A stretch of 64,000 nucleotides of DNA, taken from assembly GCA_029938605.1 (NCBI GenBank), contig JAOZUO010000015.1, positions 779 through 64,778 of the forward strand. The letters are read 5' to 3'. Shown here piece after piece: positions 17,335 through 25,860 of this stretch. The translations under genes were made by a program, and so were the position numbers. Source of the DNA: Deltaproteobacteria bacterium (GTDB taxonomy: Bacteria > Myxococcota_A > Polyangia > HGW-17 > JAJRWW01). Below the pieces are notes generated by a model that worked only from the letters and a program-made list of their open reading frames with translations, had not been told where the DNA came from and ran no database searches. The number at the start of each line of letters is the position of its first letter. Position 1 is the first letter of the stretch.

Positions 17335-19509
17335 ATGCGTCGTTGGTGGAAAGCGATGCTGCCGGCGTTGGCGGTTTTGGGGCCGGCCATGGTGCTGGCC
17401 TTTCTCGGGCTGCGCTCTTACAAGGCGGAGCAGGTGCTGGACGAGAGCCGGTTCAAGCGATCCATTGAGTCTATCGCAGATCTCATGGCCTCGGGGCTCG
17501 AGGAGTCGGCGCTGGCCGCCATCCGGGAGCTCGTGGACATGGCCCGTGCGGGGATCCCCTCGGCGGTGGACGTAAAGCGGGTGCGCAGCCGGCACTCCCT
17601 GGTGGGGCAGGTGTTCATCCTGGACAGGTACGGGCGACTGCTGTACCCGGCGCTGTCCAAACGGCAGCCCATCGTTCGGCGCAAGATCGCGCTGTCGATC
17701 ATCGCCTCGGCCGAGGCGGCCACGGCCCGGCCCGGAGCGAACCTCTTTCAGGAGGTGGCGATCTACCATCGCCGGGTGAAGCGGGAGCTGGAGGCCCGGC
17801 GGCTGTTGTCCAAGGCGGATCTCGCCGAGGTCCAAGGGCAACGCAGCCAGGCGTTTGGGGCCTATCGGGCGGTGGCCAAGCGATCGGCGAGGTTGGCGCC
17901 GGGGGCCTATCTGGGCATGGCCCGGGTGGCTGTAGCCCAGGGGCGCTGGCAGGACGCGGCCTACGCGCAGTCGGTGCTGGTGCAGAGATACGGGATCCGG
18001 CTCGATTGGGCCGGGGTGCCCTACGCGCTCCTCGGACGAATCGGTTTGTTTACGGTGGCCAAGCGCTGCCGAGCCGGGGCTGGGAAAGGGGGCGGGCAAT
18101 CCGGGGCGGGTAAGGCTCCGGCGGGTAAGCGGCTCTGCCCAAAGGGGCTGGGCGAGCCGCAGCGTCTGGCGCTTCGCTTGTATTCGGACCTGGTGAATGA
18201 TCGGCTGCATACGGAGCTGCGCACGCGGATCTACTTCATCGACTGGATCCGCAAGCAGATCCATCCGCCCGCCACGTCCGAGCTACGGCGTCGACTCTCC
18301 GAGTTGGACGCCGGAGTGGTCTTGCTACGCGTGGGGATCCGCTTCGCCGTGGAGCTGGGGCGAACCGGATCCGAGGCCATCTTGCGCCAGGCGGGATACC
18401 GTCCCCGAGCCCTACGGAGCGACGCCTTCCGCCAGGGGCGCGCCCTGGTGGTGGTGCAGAGTCTGGGATCCATGGTGGTGGGCTTCGTGCTCAGAAGGGA
18501 GCAGGTGAGCAGGAACCTGCGCAAGCAGCAGCGGCGCAAGCAGCTCCCCGAGGGGTACACGGTGCAGCTACACCGGCTGCCCCTGCCTCGGGATCTGCGG
18601 CCGGCGCCGAGCCACGTGCGCCCCCTGGGCGAAGTGCTGGGGGATCTCGGACTGGCTATTTTCGGATCCCAGCACCAGGACCGCGGGCTCCTGGCCAGCG
18701 GAATGGCGCAGTATCTGGGGTTGGTGGTGGCGCTGGTGTTCGTGCTGGTGGCGGGGCTGTTGACCATGTACCGCGGGGTGCGACAGGAGATGGAGCTCGC
18801 TCGTCTCAAGAGCGAGTTTGTGTCCAACGTCTCCCACGAGCTGAAGACGCCCCTGACGTCCATCCGCATGTTCGGGGAGATGTTACAACAGGGGCTCGCC
18901 GCGGATCAGAAGAAGCGCTCCAAGTACTACGGCATCATCGTGGCAGAGTCTGAGCGTTTGGGTAGATTGATCAACAATGTTCTGGATTTCTCCCGCATGG
19001 AGCGTGGCACCAAGACCTACGATTTCGAGGCGTACTCCACGGGAGATCTCGCCCGGGAGGCGGTGGAGACCTTCGGAAATTTTCGGGAGGCCGAACAGTT
19101 CGAGCTTCGACTCGAGATCCTGGAGGAGCCCGAGGTGCGAGTGGATCGCGACGCCGTCGTGCAGTCGCTCATCAACCTCTTGACCAACGCGGTGAAGTAT
19201 TCGGGGGACTCCAGGCGCATCCTGGTGCGCGTGTACGGGCGCAGCGACAACGGCGTGCTGGAGGTGATTGACCAGGGCATCGGCATCCCGGACAAGGAGC
19301 AGCGCCGGATCTTCGAGGACTTCTATCGGGCCACCAATGTGCAGCACGGAGGTGCCGAGGGAACGGGCCTCGGTCTGGCCCTGGTGCGACGCCATTGCCT
19401 CAACATGGGCGGATCCATAGAGATGGAAAGCACCCTCGACAGGGGCAGCGCTTTTCGCATGGTGCTTCCCGTCACCGAAGGGGCCCAATCTCGCGGGTCA
19501 GATAAATAA
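17335..19509 (+). CDS. Membrane sensor histidine kinase (HisKA + HATPase_c)
   Basis: The start is taken at the ATG at 17335, 5 bp after the upstream stop. It has an N-terminal TM helix, the H-box LKSEFVSNVSHELKTPLTSI, and N/G boxes in the C-terminus (GTGLGLALV). Confidence 0.85.
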   Translation: MRRWWKAMLPALAVLGPAMVLAFLGLRSYKAEQVLDESRFKRSIESIADLMASGLEESALAAIRELVDMARAGIPSAVDVKRVRSRHSLVGQVFILDRYGRLLYPALSKRQPIVRRKIALSIIASAEAATARPGANLFQEVAIYHRRVKRELEARRLLSKADLAEVQGQRSQAFGAYRAVAKRSARLAPGAYLGMARVAVAQGRWQDAAYAQSVLVQRYGIRLDWAGVPYALLGRIGLFTVAKRCRAGAGKGGGQSGAGKAPAGKRLCPKGLGEPQRLALRLYSDLVNDRLHTELRTRIYFIDWIRKQIHPPATSELRRRLSELDAGVVLLRVGIRFAVELGRTGSEAILRQAGYRPRALRSDAFRQGRALVVVQSLGSMVVGFVLRREQVSRNLRKQQRRKQLPEGYTVQLHRLPLPRDLRPAPSHVRPLGEVLGDLGLAIFGSQHQDRGLLASGMAQYLGLVVALVFVLVAGLLTMYRGVRQEMELARLKSEFVSNVSHELKTPLTSIRMFGEMLQQGLAADQKKRSKYYGIIVAESERLGRLINNVLDFSRMERGTKTYDFEAYSTGDLAREAVETFGNFREAEQFELRLEILEEPEVRVDRDAVVQSLINLLTNAVKYSGDSRRILVRVYGRSDNGVLEVIDQGIGIPDKEQRRIFEDFYRATNVQHGGAEGTGLGLALVRRHCLNMGGSIEMESTLDRGSAFRMVLPVTEGAQSRGSDK

Positions 19510-19652
19510 ACTCATTATTTTCAGGCTCTTGATTGCTTTGGGTGGCGGGATCCATGGGGATCCCCGCCACCCAAAATGTCCATTGCATCAGTCGGATTCG
19601 AAATGCTATAGTTCCGCACCCCTTAGGTAGTAGACTAGGGTCGCCGAATTTC

Positions 19653-22142
19653 ATGGAATCCGCTGTACAAAAACGCCGTCCGTCCGGCCAGGTGCTCGCC
19701 CTGGTGCTCCCTCCGCCGGATCCCGAGCCTTCCGCGCCCAAGTCTAAGCGGCGATGGACCTTTTTCCTGAAGCTGGGCCTGGGTTTCGTGGTGGTGGTGG
19801 GGTCCTTGGTGGCCACGGGGTATGTGGTGTACCAGCAGGCACAGGACAAGGCCGTCAAGAAGGATCTGGTCCGGGCTAGGACCCTGGCCGGCCTGGATAC
19901 GCCGGCGGCCTATCGCGCGGCCCTGCAGATCCTGAAAAAGGTGTCGTTGAAGCGGCCCAATGACGCTCGCCTCGCGGCCCTCGTGGCGGAGATTCGGGCT
20001 TTTCTTTGGGGGCGTTACGGTGGAGACGAGAAGGCCCGCCTGGTGGCCGTGGCCGCCCTGAACCGCGCGAAGGAGCTCGAGGCCAGCGCCGAGCGCCTCG
20101 CGGCCCTCAAGGGGTACCATCTGTTGTTCAAGGGGCGCTTTATCAAGGCCGCCCGTCACGCAGAGGCGGCGCTGCTGATCCACAAGCGGTCGGCGCGGTT
20201 GGACTACGTTTTGGGCGTGGCGCGCTACTATCTCGGAGATCTGACCGCCGCGGTGGCGACCTTCAAGCTGGCGGTGGCCCACGACTCAACGTTCCTCCCG
20301 ACGCGTATCGCCCTGGGGCGTCTGCAGCGGCAGCGAGGGCATTTGAAGCTCGCGGAGGCCACCCTCAAGCAGGTGCTCGTCGAGAGCCCGGATCACCTGG
20401 AGGCCCGCCTCGAGCGTCGGCTCATCACGGTGGCCCTGGGCAAGGCGAAAGACGACGTCGAGCAGCAGCGCCTTGTGCGGCTGGCCACTCCCCATCCACC
20501 CCTGCTCGCCCTTGCCAAGCTGGCGACGGCCCGCGAGGCGCTCGGCGATCGAAGCTGGGATCGGGCTCGGAGGCTGCTTAGGGAGAGCGCGCTCTTGTCG
20601 CCCGACGACCCCGAGATCGCCCTGCAGTTGGTGGCGTCACAGCTCCTGCCCGGTGGCGATGCCCGCAAGGCTTGGGTGGACCACGAGCGACTGGCCGAAC
20701 GGTCCAGGGAGTATCGTTCGGCCGCGTCTGTTTTCGCCCGGGCCGCACTGGCGGCGGGGCGGCCCGGAGAGGGACTGCGGTTTCTCCGCAAGCCCGTGGC
20801 GGCGACTTTGCCCCCGAAGGTGGTGGAGCAGCGCACCGTGGCTACCGTGAGCGCTGCGCAAGAGCTGGATCAACCCGAAATCGCGGACCGTGCCTGCGCG
20901 ATGGTCTTCAAGCAGAGACGGCCCGGTCCGCGGGCGTGGGCGGTTTGCCTGGTGCATGTGGCGCGAGCCCGGCGGGGCGACGAGCTCAAGGAGCGGGCCA
21001 AGCTGACCGGAGGAAAGCACAGCAAGCTGGTGTCGGGGCTGATCAGCTTTCAACAGCGCAAGTACCCCCGGGCCGCACGTCTCCTTACGGGCGTGGCGCG
21101 GCGTCCCAATGTGACCCCGTGCACGCTGCTAGTGCTCGCCCAATCCCTGCAAAAGAGTGAGCGCCCGGCGGCGGCCCTGCCGGTGCTACGGCGAGCCGTG
21201 TCACTGAGCTCTCAGGCCGTGCGTCCCCGCCTCGAGCTGGCTTGGGGGCTGATGCGAGTCCGCCGCATAGTCCAGGCAAAGCGGCTGTTTCACGCCCTGA
21301 TGAGTGATAAGCCCCGTGGAGCGCGTACGCTCATGGATCTGGGGCGCCTTGGGTTGCGACTGGGGCTACTCAAGGAGGTGGCTCAACTCGCCAAGACCCT
21401 CACCCGGAGCTACGCGAGCTCAGGGCACGGGCCCTATCTCGAGGGCATGCTGGATCTTCGCGCCGAGCGGCGACGAAAGGCCCGGGCGCATCTGGACGCC
21501 GCGCTCCTGCGGGATCCCAGTCACGTACCAAGCAAGCTGGCCCTGGCGCGGCTCGCCTTCTGGCAGGGCGACGTAGACGGCGGGCGCGTGCTGTATGAGA
21601 GCGCCTGGCGGGCCTCACGCAAGAACCCCGGCGTCCTGTTGGACCTCGCCCGAGACTACTTCAAGCACAAGTACGTCAACCGCGCCCGCAAGACGTACGT
21701 GCGGGCCACGCTGCAGTACCGGGGCTCGGGCTCGGGGTACCTCGCCTCGGGTGTCATGTCGGAGTTGGCCGAGCGGCTGGGGAGTCTGAAGAAGTATCGC
21801 CGCAGCGCCATCGCACGGGTTCTGAAGTGGTCGTTGCAGCTCTACTGGGCCAACCCGCGTTCCCAACTGCGCAACGGCCTGTTCCAAGAGTCTCGTGGCT
21901 ACCACGTCGACGCACGGCGCTCCTACCAGCGGGCCATCCGGTACGGTCCGGAGATCTCGGAGGGCTACTACCACCTCGGCGCGCACCTGTTGGCGTGGAA
22001 GCGGGATCTCAAGCAAGCCGAGCGCGCCCTGGAGCGCTTCTTGGAGATGGAGGGATCGCGAGGAGGCCGCAGGGTGCACAACGCCCGCAAGTGGTTGGCG
22101 CGGATCAAGGCCCGGCGGAAGTTCTTCAAGCGCCGCAAGTGA
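19653..22142 (+). CDS. Membrane-anchored TPR-repeat protein
   Basis: The start is taken at the ATG at 19653, after an AT-rich leader. One TM helix (FFLKLGLGFVVVVGSLVATGYVVY) is followed by ~750 aa of TPR-like Ala/Leu/Arg-rich repeats. Confidence 0.65.
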   Translation: MESAVQKRRPSGQVLALVLPPPDPEPSAPKSKRRWTFFLKLGLGFVVVVGSLVATGYVVYQQAQDKAVKKDLVRARTLAGLDTPAAYRAALQILKKVSLKRPNDARLAALVAEIRAFLWGRYGGDEKARLVAVAALNRAKELEASAERLAALKGYHLLFKGRFIKAARHAEAALLIHKRSARLDYVLGVARYYLGDLTAAVATFKLAVAHDSTFLPTRIALGRLQRQRGHLKLAEATLKQVLVESPDHLEARLERRLITVALGKAKDDVEQQRLVRLATPHPPLLALAKLATAREALGDRSWDRARRLLRESALLSPDDPEIALQLVASQLLPGGDARKAWVDHERLAERSREYRSAASVFARAALAAGRPGEGLRFLRKPVAATLPPKVVEQRTVATVSAAQELDQPEIADRACAMVFKQRRPGPRAWAVCLVHVARARRGDELKERAKLTGGKHSKLVSGLISFQQRKYPRAARLLTGVARRPNVTPCTLLVLAQSLQKSERPAAALPVLRRAVSLSSQAVRPRLELAWGLMRVRRIVQAKRLFHALMSDKPRGARTLMDLGRLGLRLGLLKEVAQLAKTLTRSYASSGHGPYLEGMLDLRAERRRKARAHLDAALLRDPSHVPSKLALARLAFWQGDVDGGRVLYESAWRASRKNPGVLLDLARDYFKHKYVNRARKTYVRATLQYRGSGSGYLASGVMSELAERLGSLKKYRRSAIARVLKWSLQLYWANPRSQLRNGLFQESRGYHVDARRSYQRAIRYGPEISEGYYHLGAHLLAWKRDLKQAERALERFLEMEGSRGGRRVHNARKWLARIKARRKFFKRRK

Positions 22143-22255
22143 CTCGGCAGCCGAAGAAGGTTGGAACAAGCGCGGGCGTGTTTTGTCTGACTTCTGGAAG
22201 GTCGAGATTGCCCTCCTTTCCCCGGCGGCGAACGGCCTGAGAGGTTTGGTGACCC

Positions 22256-23647
22256 ATGCGAAAATCCACTTGGATACTCATCATCGCTACCGTGATTCTC
22301 AACGTGGTGGCGCAGGCCTATTCCATCCCGGTGACCCGGTATATACGCGACTCCTCCACGTCGGTGAGCGCGGACATCGCCCTGCGATTCGCCTACTTCG
22401 CTTTCATGCTCATTACCGCCGGGCTGGAGGCGTTGCTCTTCGATGACATCGTCTCGGGGGGGGCCTGGCGGAAGCGGTTCCTGGGCGGCGCCGGGACCAG
22501 GGCCGGAAAGCCGCTGGTCATGGACAAAGAGGAGGACGCGCTGGAGCTCACCGACGAGGAGTTCGAAGCAGCCCTCGGCTCCCGCCGCAGCCCCGTGCGC
22601 TCCCTCATCGCCGAGAATTCCCTACCGTTTTTCATCGCCTTCTTCGTACTGCTGGGGCTCAATTGGGTGGCCTTCAACGCGCTCAATGGCTGGTTCGACC
22701 TCTACTACGGGCGGGGGGGCCACCATGTGACCCAGCTTCGTTCCAAGGACGCCGACGAGCGGTGCAAGGCCATGCTCGAGCTGTCGTACAAGCGCAGCAA
22801 GCGCATGGGGCTCGATCTGGAGAAGGTGTTCTCCGACCGGCTGGAGAAGGGCACCGCCAAGGAGAAGATCTGGGCGGCCTGGGCCCTGGGCTATCGCCGC
22901 AAGCTGAGGCTTCCGGGCAAGCCTGTCCATCAGCTCGAGCGTGCCGAGGATCTGCTGGTGCGGCTCCTGGAAAAGGGCACGCCTCGGCAGCAGCGCGTCG
23001 CCGTGGTGGCCGCCGCGCGGTACTCCCTTGCCCGGGGAGATGACGCCAGCGCGACGCTGCTTCCGGCCCTGCGGAATCTCGTCGGGCGTCAGGCCATGGC
23101 CGACAAGGTCCCCGTGGAGTCTGTGGTGGCGTTGGGGCTGCTTCGGGAAAAATCGGCGGTGAAGCTGCTCGGTGACCTACTCCTGAAAAAGGGTGAGGAG
23201 CGGGCCGTGGCCGCGGCTTGGGGATTGGGGCGTATGCAGCACGCCAGCGCTCTCGGGCCGCTGCTCGCTGCGCTGGACAAGGCCGAGCCCACCGTACGTT
23301 GCGCCATCGTTCGGGCTTTCCAGAAGCTGGGTAGCGCGGCCCGGGTGTCGAAGCGACTCATGGATCAGTTCAACCGGAAGGGGTCCAAGTTCTCCTGTGG
23401 CGTGCTCAAGATTGTGCTGCGCCCGGACGGACGGGGTTCCAAGATCGTGGACAAGCTCCCCCTGGCGATGATGTCCGATCGCTACCGGGTGCTGCTGCTC
23501 AAGACCATGGCCAAGGTGAGCTTTCTGCCCGACGCCTTGCCCTGGCTCAAGCGGGTGTCCGAGGACCCGGTCTTCCACAAGCAGGTTCGCGGGTACGCTC
23601 GAGAGTATCGCCGCGCCCTGCTGCGACAGCTTGCCAAGGAGCAGTAG
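22256..23647 (+). CDS. Membrane protein with C-terminal HEAT/PBS-lyase-like repeats
   Basis: Two N-terminal TM segments precede repeated AAWALGR... / AIVRAFQKLG HEAT-like units. Confidence 0.55.
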   Translation: MRKSTWILIIATVILNVVAQAYSIPVTRYIRDSSTSVSADIALRFAYFAFMLITAGLEALLFDDIVSGGAWRKRFLGGAGTRAGKPLVMDKEEDALELTDEEFEAALGSRRSPVRSLIAENSLPFFIAFFVLLGLNWVAFNALNGWFDLYYGRGGHHVTQLRSKDADERCKAMLELSYKRSKRMGLDLEKVFSDRLEKGTAKEKIWAAWALGYRRKLRLPGKPVHQLERAEDLLVRLLEKGTPRQQRVAVVAAARYSLARGDDASATLLPALRNLVGRQAMADKVPVESVVALGLLREKSAVKLLGDLLLKKGEERAVAAAWGLGRMQHASALGPLLAALDKAEPTVRCAIVRAFQKLGSAARVSKRLMDQFNRKGSKFSCGVLKIVLRPDGRGSKIVDKLPLAMMSDRYRVLLLKTMAKVSFLPDALPWLKRVSEDPVFHKQVRGYAREYRRALLRQLAKEQ

Positions 23648-23658
23648 GGATTCGGGGG

Positions 23659-24624
23659 GTGACCTGTATGACCGCGTGGAGTCCCATGGTTTCCCGGACC
23701 CTGGCTTTGGCCCAGACCCAGTCCCTGACCGTGACCCAGACCCAGGCGCGGTCGCTTGCGTTTGCGTTGGTGCTGGTGCTCGAAGCGGGAACAGTCGGAC
23801 CTGGATGCGGCGGCCGCAAGGAGTCGGGCGACGCCCCGGCCGATCGTGTGCAACGAAGGAGCGCCGTTCCCTCAAGGAGCGCCGTCCCATCCCCTCCGCT
23901 GCTGTTCGTCGACGGGTTCGAGTCGGGGACGCTGGACCGGTGGAGCTTTCGGTGGCTGCGGCGACGAGAGTCGGCGCGCATCGTGACCCAGCCGGTGCGA
24001 CATGGCCGCCGCGCCCTGGAGATGTCTCTGCGTCGGGGCGACCCCATGTTCTCCAAGGGCAAGCGATCGGAATTGCAGATTCGCGGCCACTACGATCTGG
24101 GCAAGGCGTACTGGTACGGCTTCAGCGTGTATCTGCCCCGGGGTTGGAAAGAGGACTACCGGGCGGAGGTGGTGGCCCAGTGGTTTGCCACCCGGGATGA
24201 GGATCTCGGAGAGCGGCCGCGCAGCCCTTCGCTGGCGCTGCGCATCAAGAAGAAGCACTGGATCGTCACCTACCGCTATGATCGCAAGCGGCTCTCGGTG
24301 GGAAATACCGCGCCCAAGGGCAAGGTGTACAAGGTCCTCTACCGCCTCGGTGCATGGACCGACTGGGTCTTTCAAGTGCGCTGGTCCGCGGCCGACGACG
24401 GCCTCACCCGTGTGTGGAGAGACGGTCAGCTCGTGGCCACGCGCAAGGGGCCCAACACCTACAACGACGCAGTGGGCCCCATCCTCAAGCTCGGCATCTA
24501 CAAAGCCCCCTGGAACAAGCCCGAGACCAAGTCGGCGGTCAGCGTCCGCCTGCTGTATTTTGATGAGGTCCGGGTGGGCACCAGCGCCGCGGGCTACGCA
24601 GGAGTAGCGCCGCGGGGCAGGTGA
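23659..24624 (+). CDS. Putative secreted polysaccharide-lyase-family / concanavalin-like protein
   Basis: The N-terminus is signal/lipoprotein-like (GPGCGG). The C-terminal domain pattern (WYGFSVYLPRGW...QWF...KLGIYK) resembles the Pfam Polysacc_lyase family. Tentative. Confidence 0.45.
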   Translation: MTCMTAWSPMVSRTLALAQTQSLTVTQTQARSLAFALVLVLEAGTVGPGCGGRKESGDAPADRVQRRSAVPSRSAVPSPPLLFVDGFESGTLDRWSFRWLRRRESARIVTQPVRHGRRALEMSLRRGDPMFSKGKRSELQIRGHYDLGKAYWYGFSVYLPRGWKEDYRAEVVAQWFATRDEDLGERPRSPSLALRIKKKHWIVTYRYDRKRLSVGNTAPKGKVYKVLYRLGAWTDWVFQVRWSAADDGLTRVWRDGQLVATRKGPNTYNDAVGPILKLGIYKAPWNKPETKSAVSVRLLYFDEVRVGTSAAGYAGVAPRGR

Positions 24625-24634
24625 AATCAAGGGT
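24607..24634. repeat. Left copy of 28-bp direct repeat gcgccgcgggg[c/t]aggtgaaatc[a/g]agggt (second copy 25689-25716)
   Basis: Direct comparison gives 26/28 identity. The copy overlaps the stop codon of the 23659..24624 gene. Confidence 0.85.
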
Positions 24635-25007
24635 ACGCGTAAGACAACGCGTAAGACAATTCATCGGCCCCATCGCCCCTGCTTCACATCAAGTTACGTT
24701 TGGGGAACTGCGAAAAAGTGGCCTCAACTACTCACTGAATGATTCTGGGATCCAGCCGGGATTTGAATCCGATGTACCGATTGGAGGTTTTTGACATACG
24801 CAGTGGGGATATTAGCTCTCTGTTGCGATCTGCCGTAGCGGTTTGTTCGTTATTATTGCTGAGTATTAACGGATATAATGGCGTTGTTGATTGGATGTGA
24901 GCTAAAGCGAAAAACACGAAAAACAGTAGCGACTCAATGAGCAAAATGTTGTATGCATCTTCCGTCGCCGCGGGGGTTTGGTTGGCGGCAGAAGGAGAGT
25001 CTTCGTT

Positions 25008-25577
25008 ATGTCCGTTGTCAATGCAGTCAATCCGGTCACGGACCAAGAAGAGCAGATTCAGGACCTGTTTCAGCGTGTGAAAGCTCTCGAGGCGGCTGCG
25101 CCAGGGGACAGGCTCACTCTGGGCGTCATGAGCGGTAATCTTGATTACACCATGGCGGCCTTTATCATCTCGTTGGGGGCGGTGGCCTACGATATGGAGG
25201 TGGATCTGTTCTTTACCTTTTGGGCCACCGCGGCGCTCCGGGATCCGAAGAAGAGACCACCCAAGAATTTTCTGGACAGGATGTTTGGGTGGATGCTGCC
25301 CAAGGGGACCGGCCAGCTTCCAATCTCCAAAATGCAGATGGGGGGCGTGGGTCCCCAGATGATCAAATACGTCATGAAAAAGAACGGCGCCAAATCACTG
25401 GATGAGCTGATTCAGGATGCCGGCGATTTCGGCGTGAGGATTCACGTTTGTGAGATGTCCATGGACATCATGGGGCTCAAAAAAGAGGAGATGATCGACT
25501 ATCCCTACCTGGACTATGTCGGTGTAGGGACCTTCTTGAGCCTGGTGCAGGACTCGAAATCGACCTGGTTCCTGTAG
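25008..25577 (+). CDS. DsrE/DsrF-like family protein (sulfur-relay/peroxiredoxin-like fold)
   Basis: The start at 25008 has a strong SD (gaaggagag) 8 nt upstream. Translation MSVVNAVNP...MSGNLDYTMAAFIISLGAVAYDMEVDLFFTFWA...VRIHVCEMS. It sits in a lower-GC segment. Confidence 0.65.
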   Translation: MSVVNAVNPVTDQEEQIQDLFQRVKALEAAAPGDRLTLGVMSGNLDYTMAAFIISLGAVAYDMEVDLFFTFWATAALRDPKKRPPKNFLDRMFGWMLPKGTGQLPISKMQMGGVGPQMIKYVMKKNGAKSLDELIQDAGDFGVRIHVCEMSMDIMGLKKEEMIDYPYLDYVGVGTFLSLVQDSKSTWFL

Positions 25578-25690
25578 TCCCCGGTCCCCCGGTCCCCCGG
25601 TCCCCCGGTCCTCCGGTCCCCCGGTCCTCCGGTCCCCCGGTCCCTCCGGTCCCCCGGTCCCTCCGTCCCTCCGTCTCCCCGTCCTGTCGC
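25578..25690. repeat. (CCGGTCCC)n octanucleotide microsatellite, ~13 units, imperfect; the G-rich strand (GGGACCGG)n is on the minus strand
   Basis: Direct reading shows it immediately 3' of the DsrE-family stop codon. Confidence 0.9.
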
Positions 25691-25716
25691 GCCGCGGGGT
25701 AGGTGAAATCGAGGGT
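25689..25716. repeat. Right copy of the 28-bp direct repeat (see 24607-24634)
   Basis: Sequence gcgccgcggggtaggtgaaatcgagggt. Confidence 0.85.
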
Positions 25717-25860
25717 GTGGACATTGCCGACGCGGTACCCCTTTGGGGAAGAATTGATGCGATCCCGCTGGCTTATCACCGTCACCTTGAAAGGGACCCG
25801 GTGATCATCTATATTTCAGTGACTTAGCACCCCCCATTCAGGAACGAGGTAGAGCGGAAA

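Noticed and set aside
24750-24775. tRNA T-arm-like sequence (gggatttgaatcc) that could have marked a tRNA-derived att site
   Set aside because: I could not build acceptor, D or anticodon arms around it on either strand. An isolated T-loop-like heptamer is not sufficient.
24732-25046. 104-aa minus-strand ORF in the AT-rich segment upstream of the DsrE-family gene
   Set aside because: It has no SD or homology. It lies in the region that looks like the promoter or leader of the DsrE-family gene, and its composition is atypical for coding DNA here.
25578-25690. Possible CRISPR array. The same question applies to 26770-26853 and 52804-52867.
   Set aside because: The units are 6-9 bp and contiguous, with no unique spacers. 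These are microsatellite-type tandem repeats, not repeat-spacer arrays, and no cas genes are present.
25395-25785. Minus-strand ORFs (GTGGPEDRGTGGP...) overlapping the octamer microsatellite
   Set aside because: The apparent coding periodicity is a by-product of the 8-bp repeat, and there is no start context or homology.
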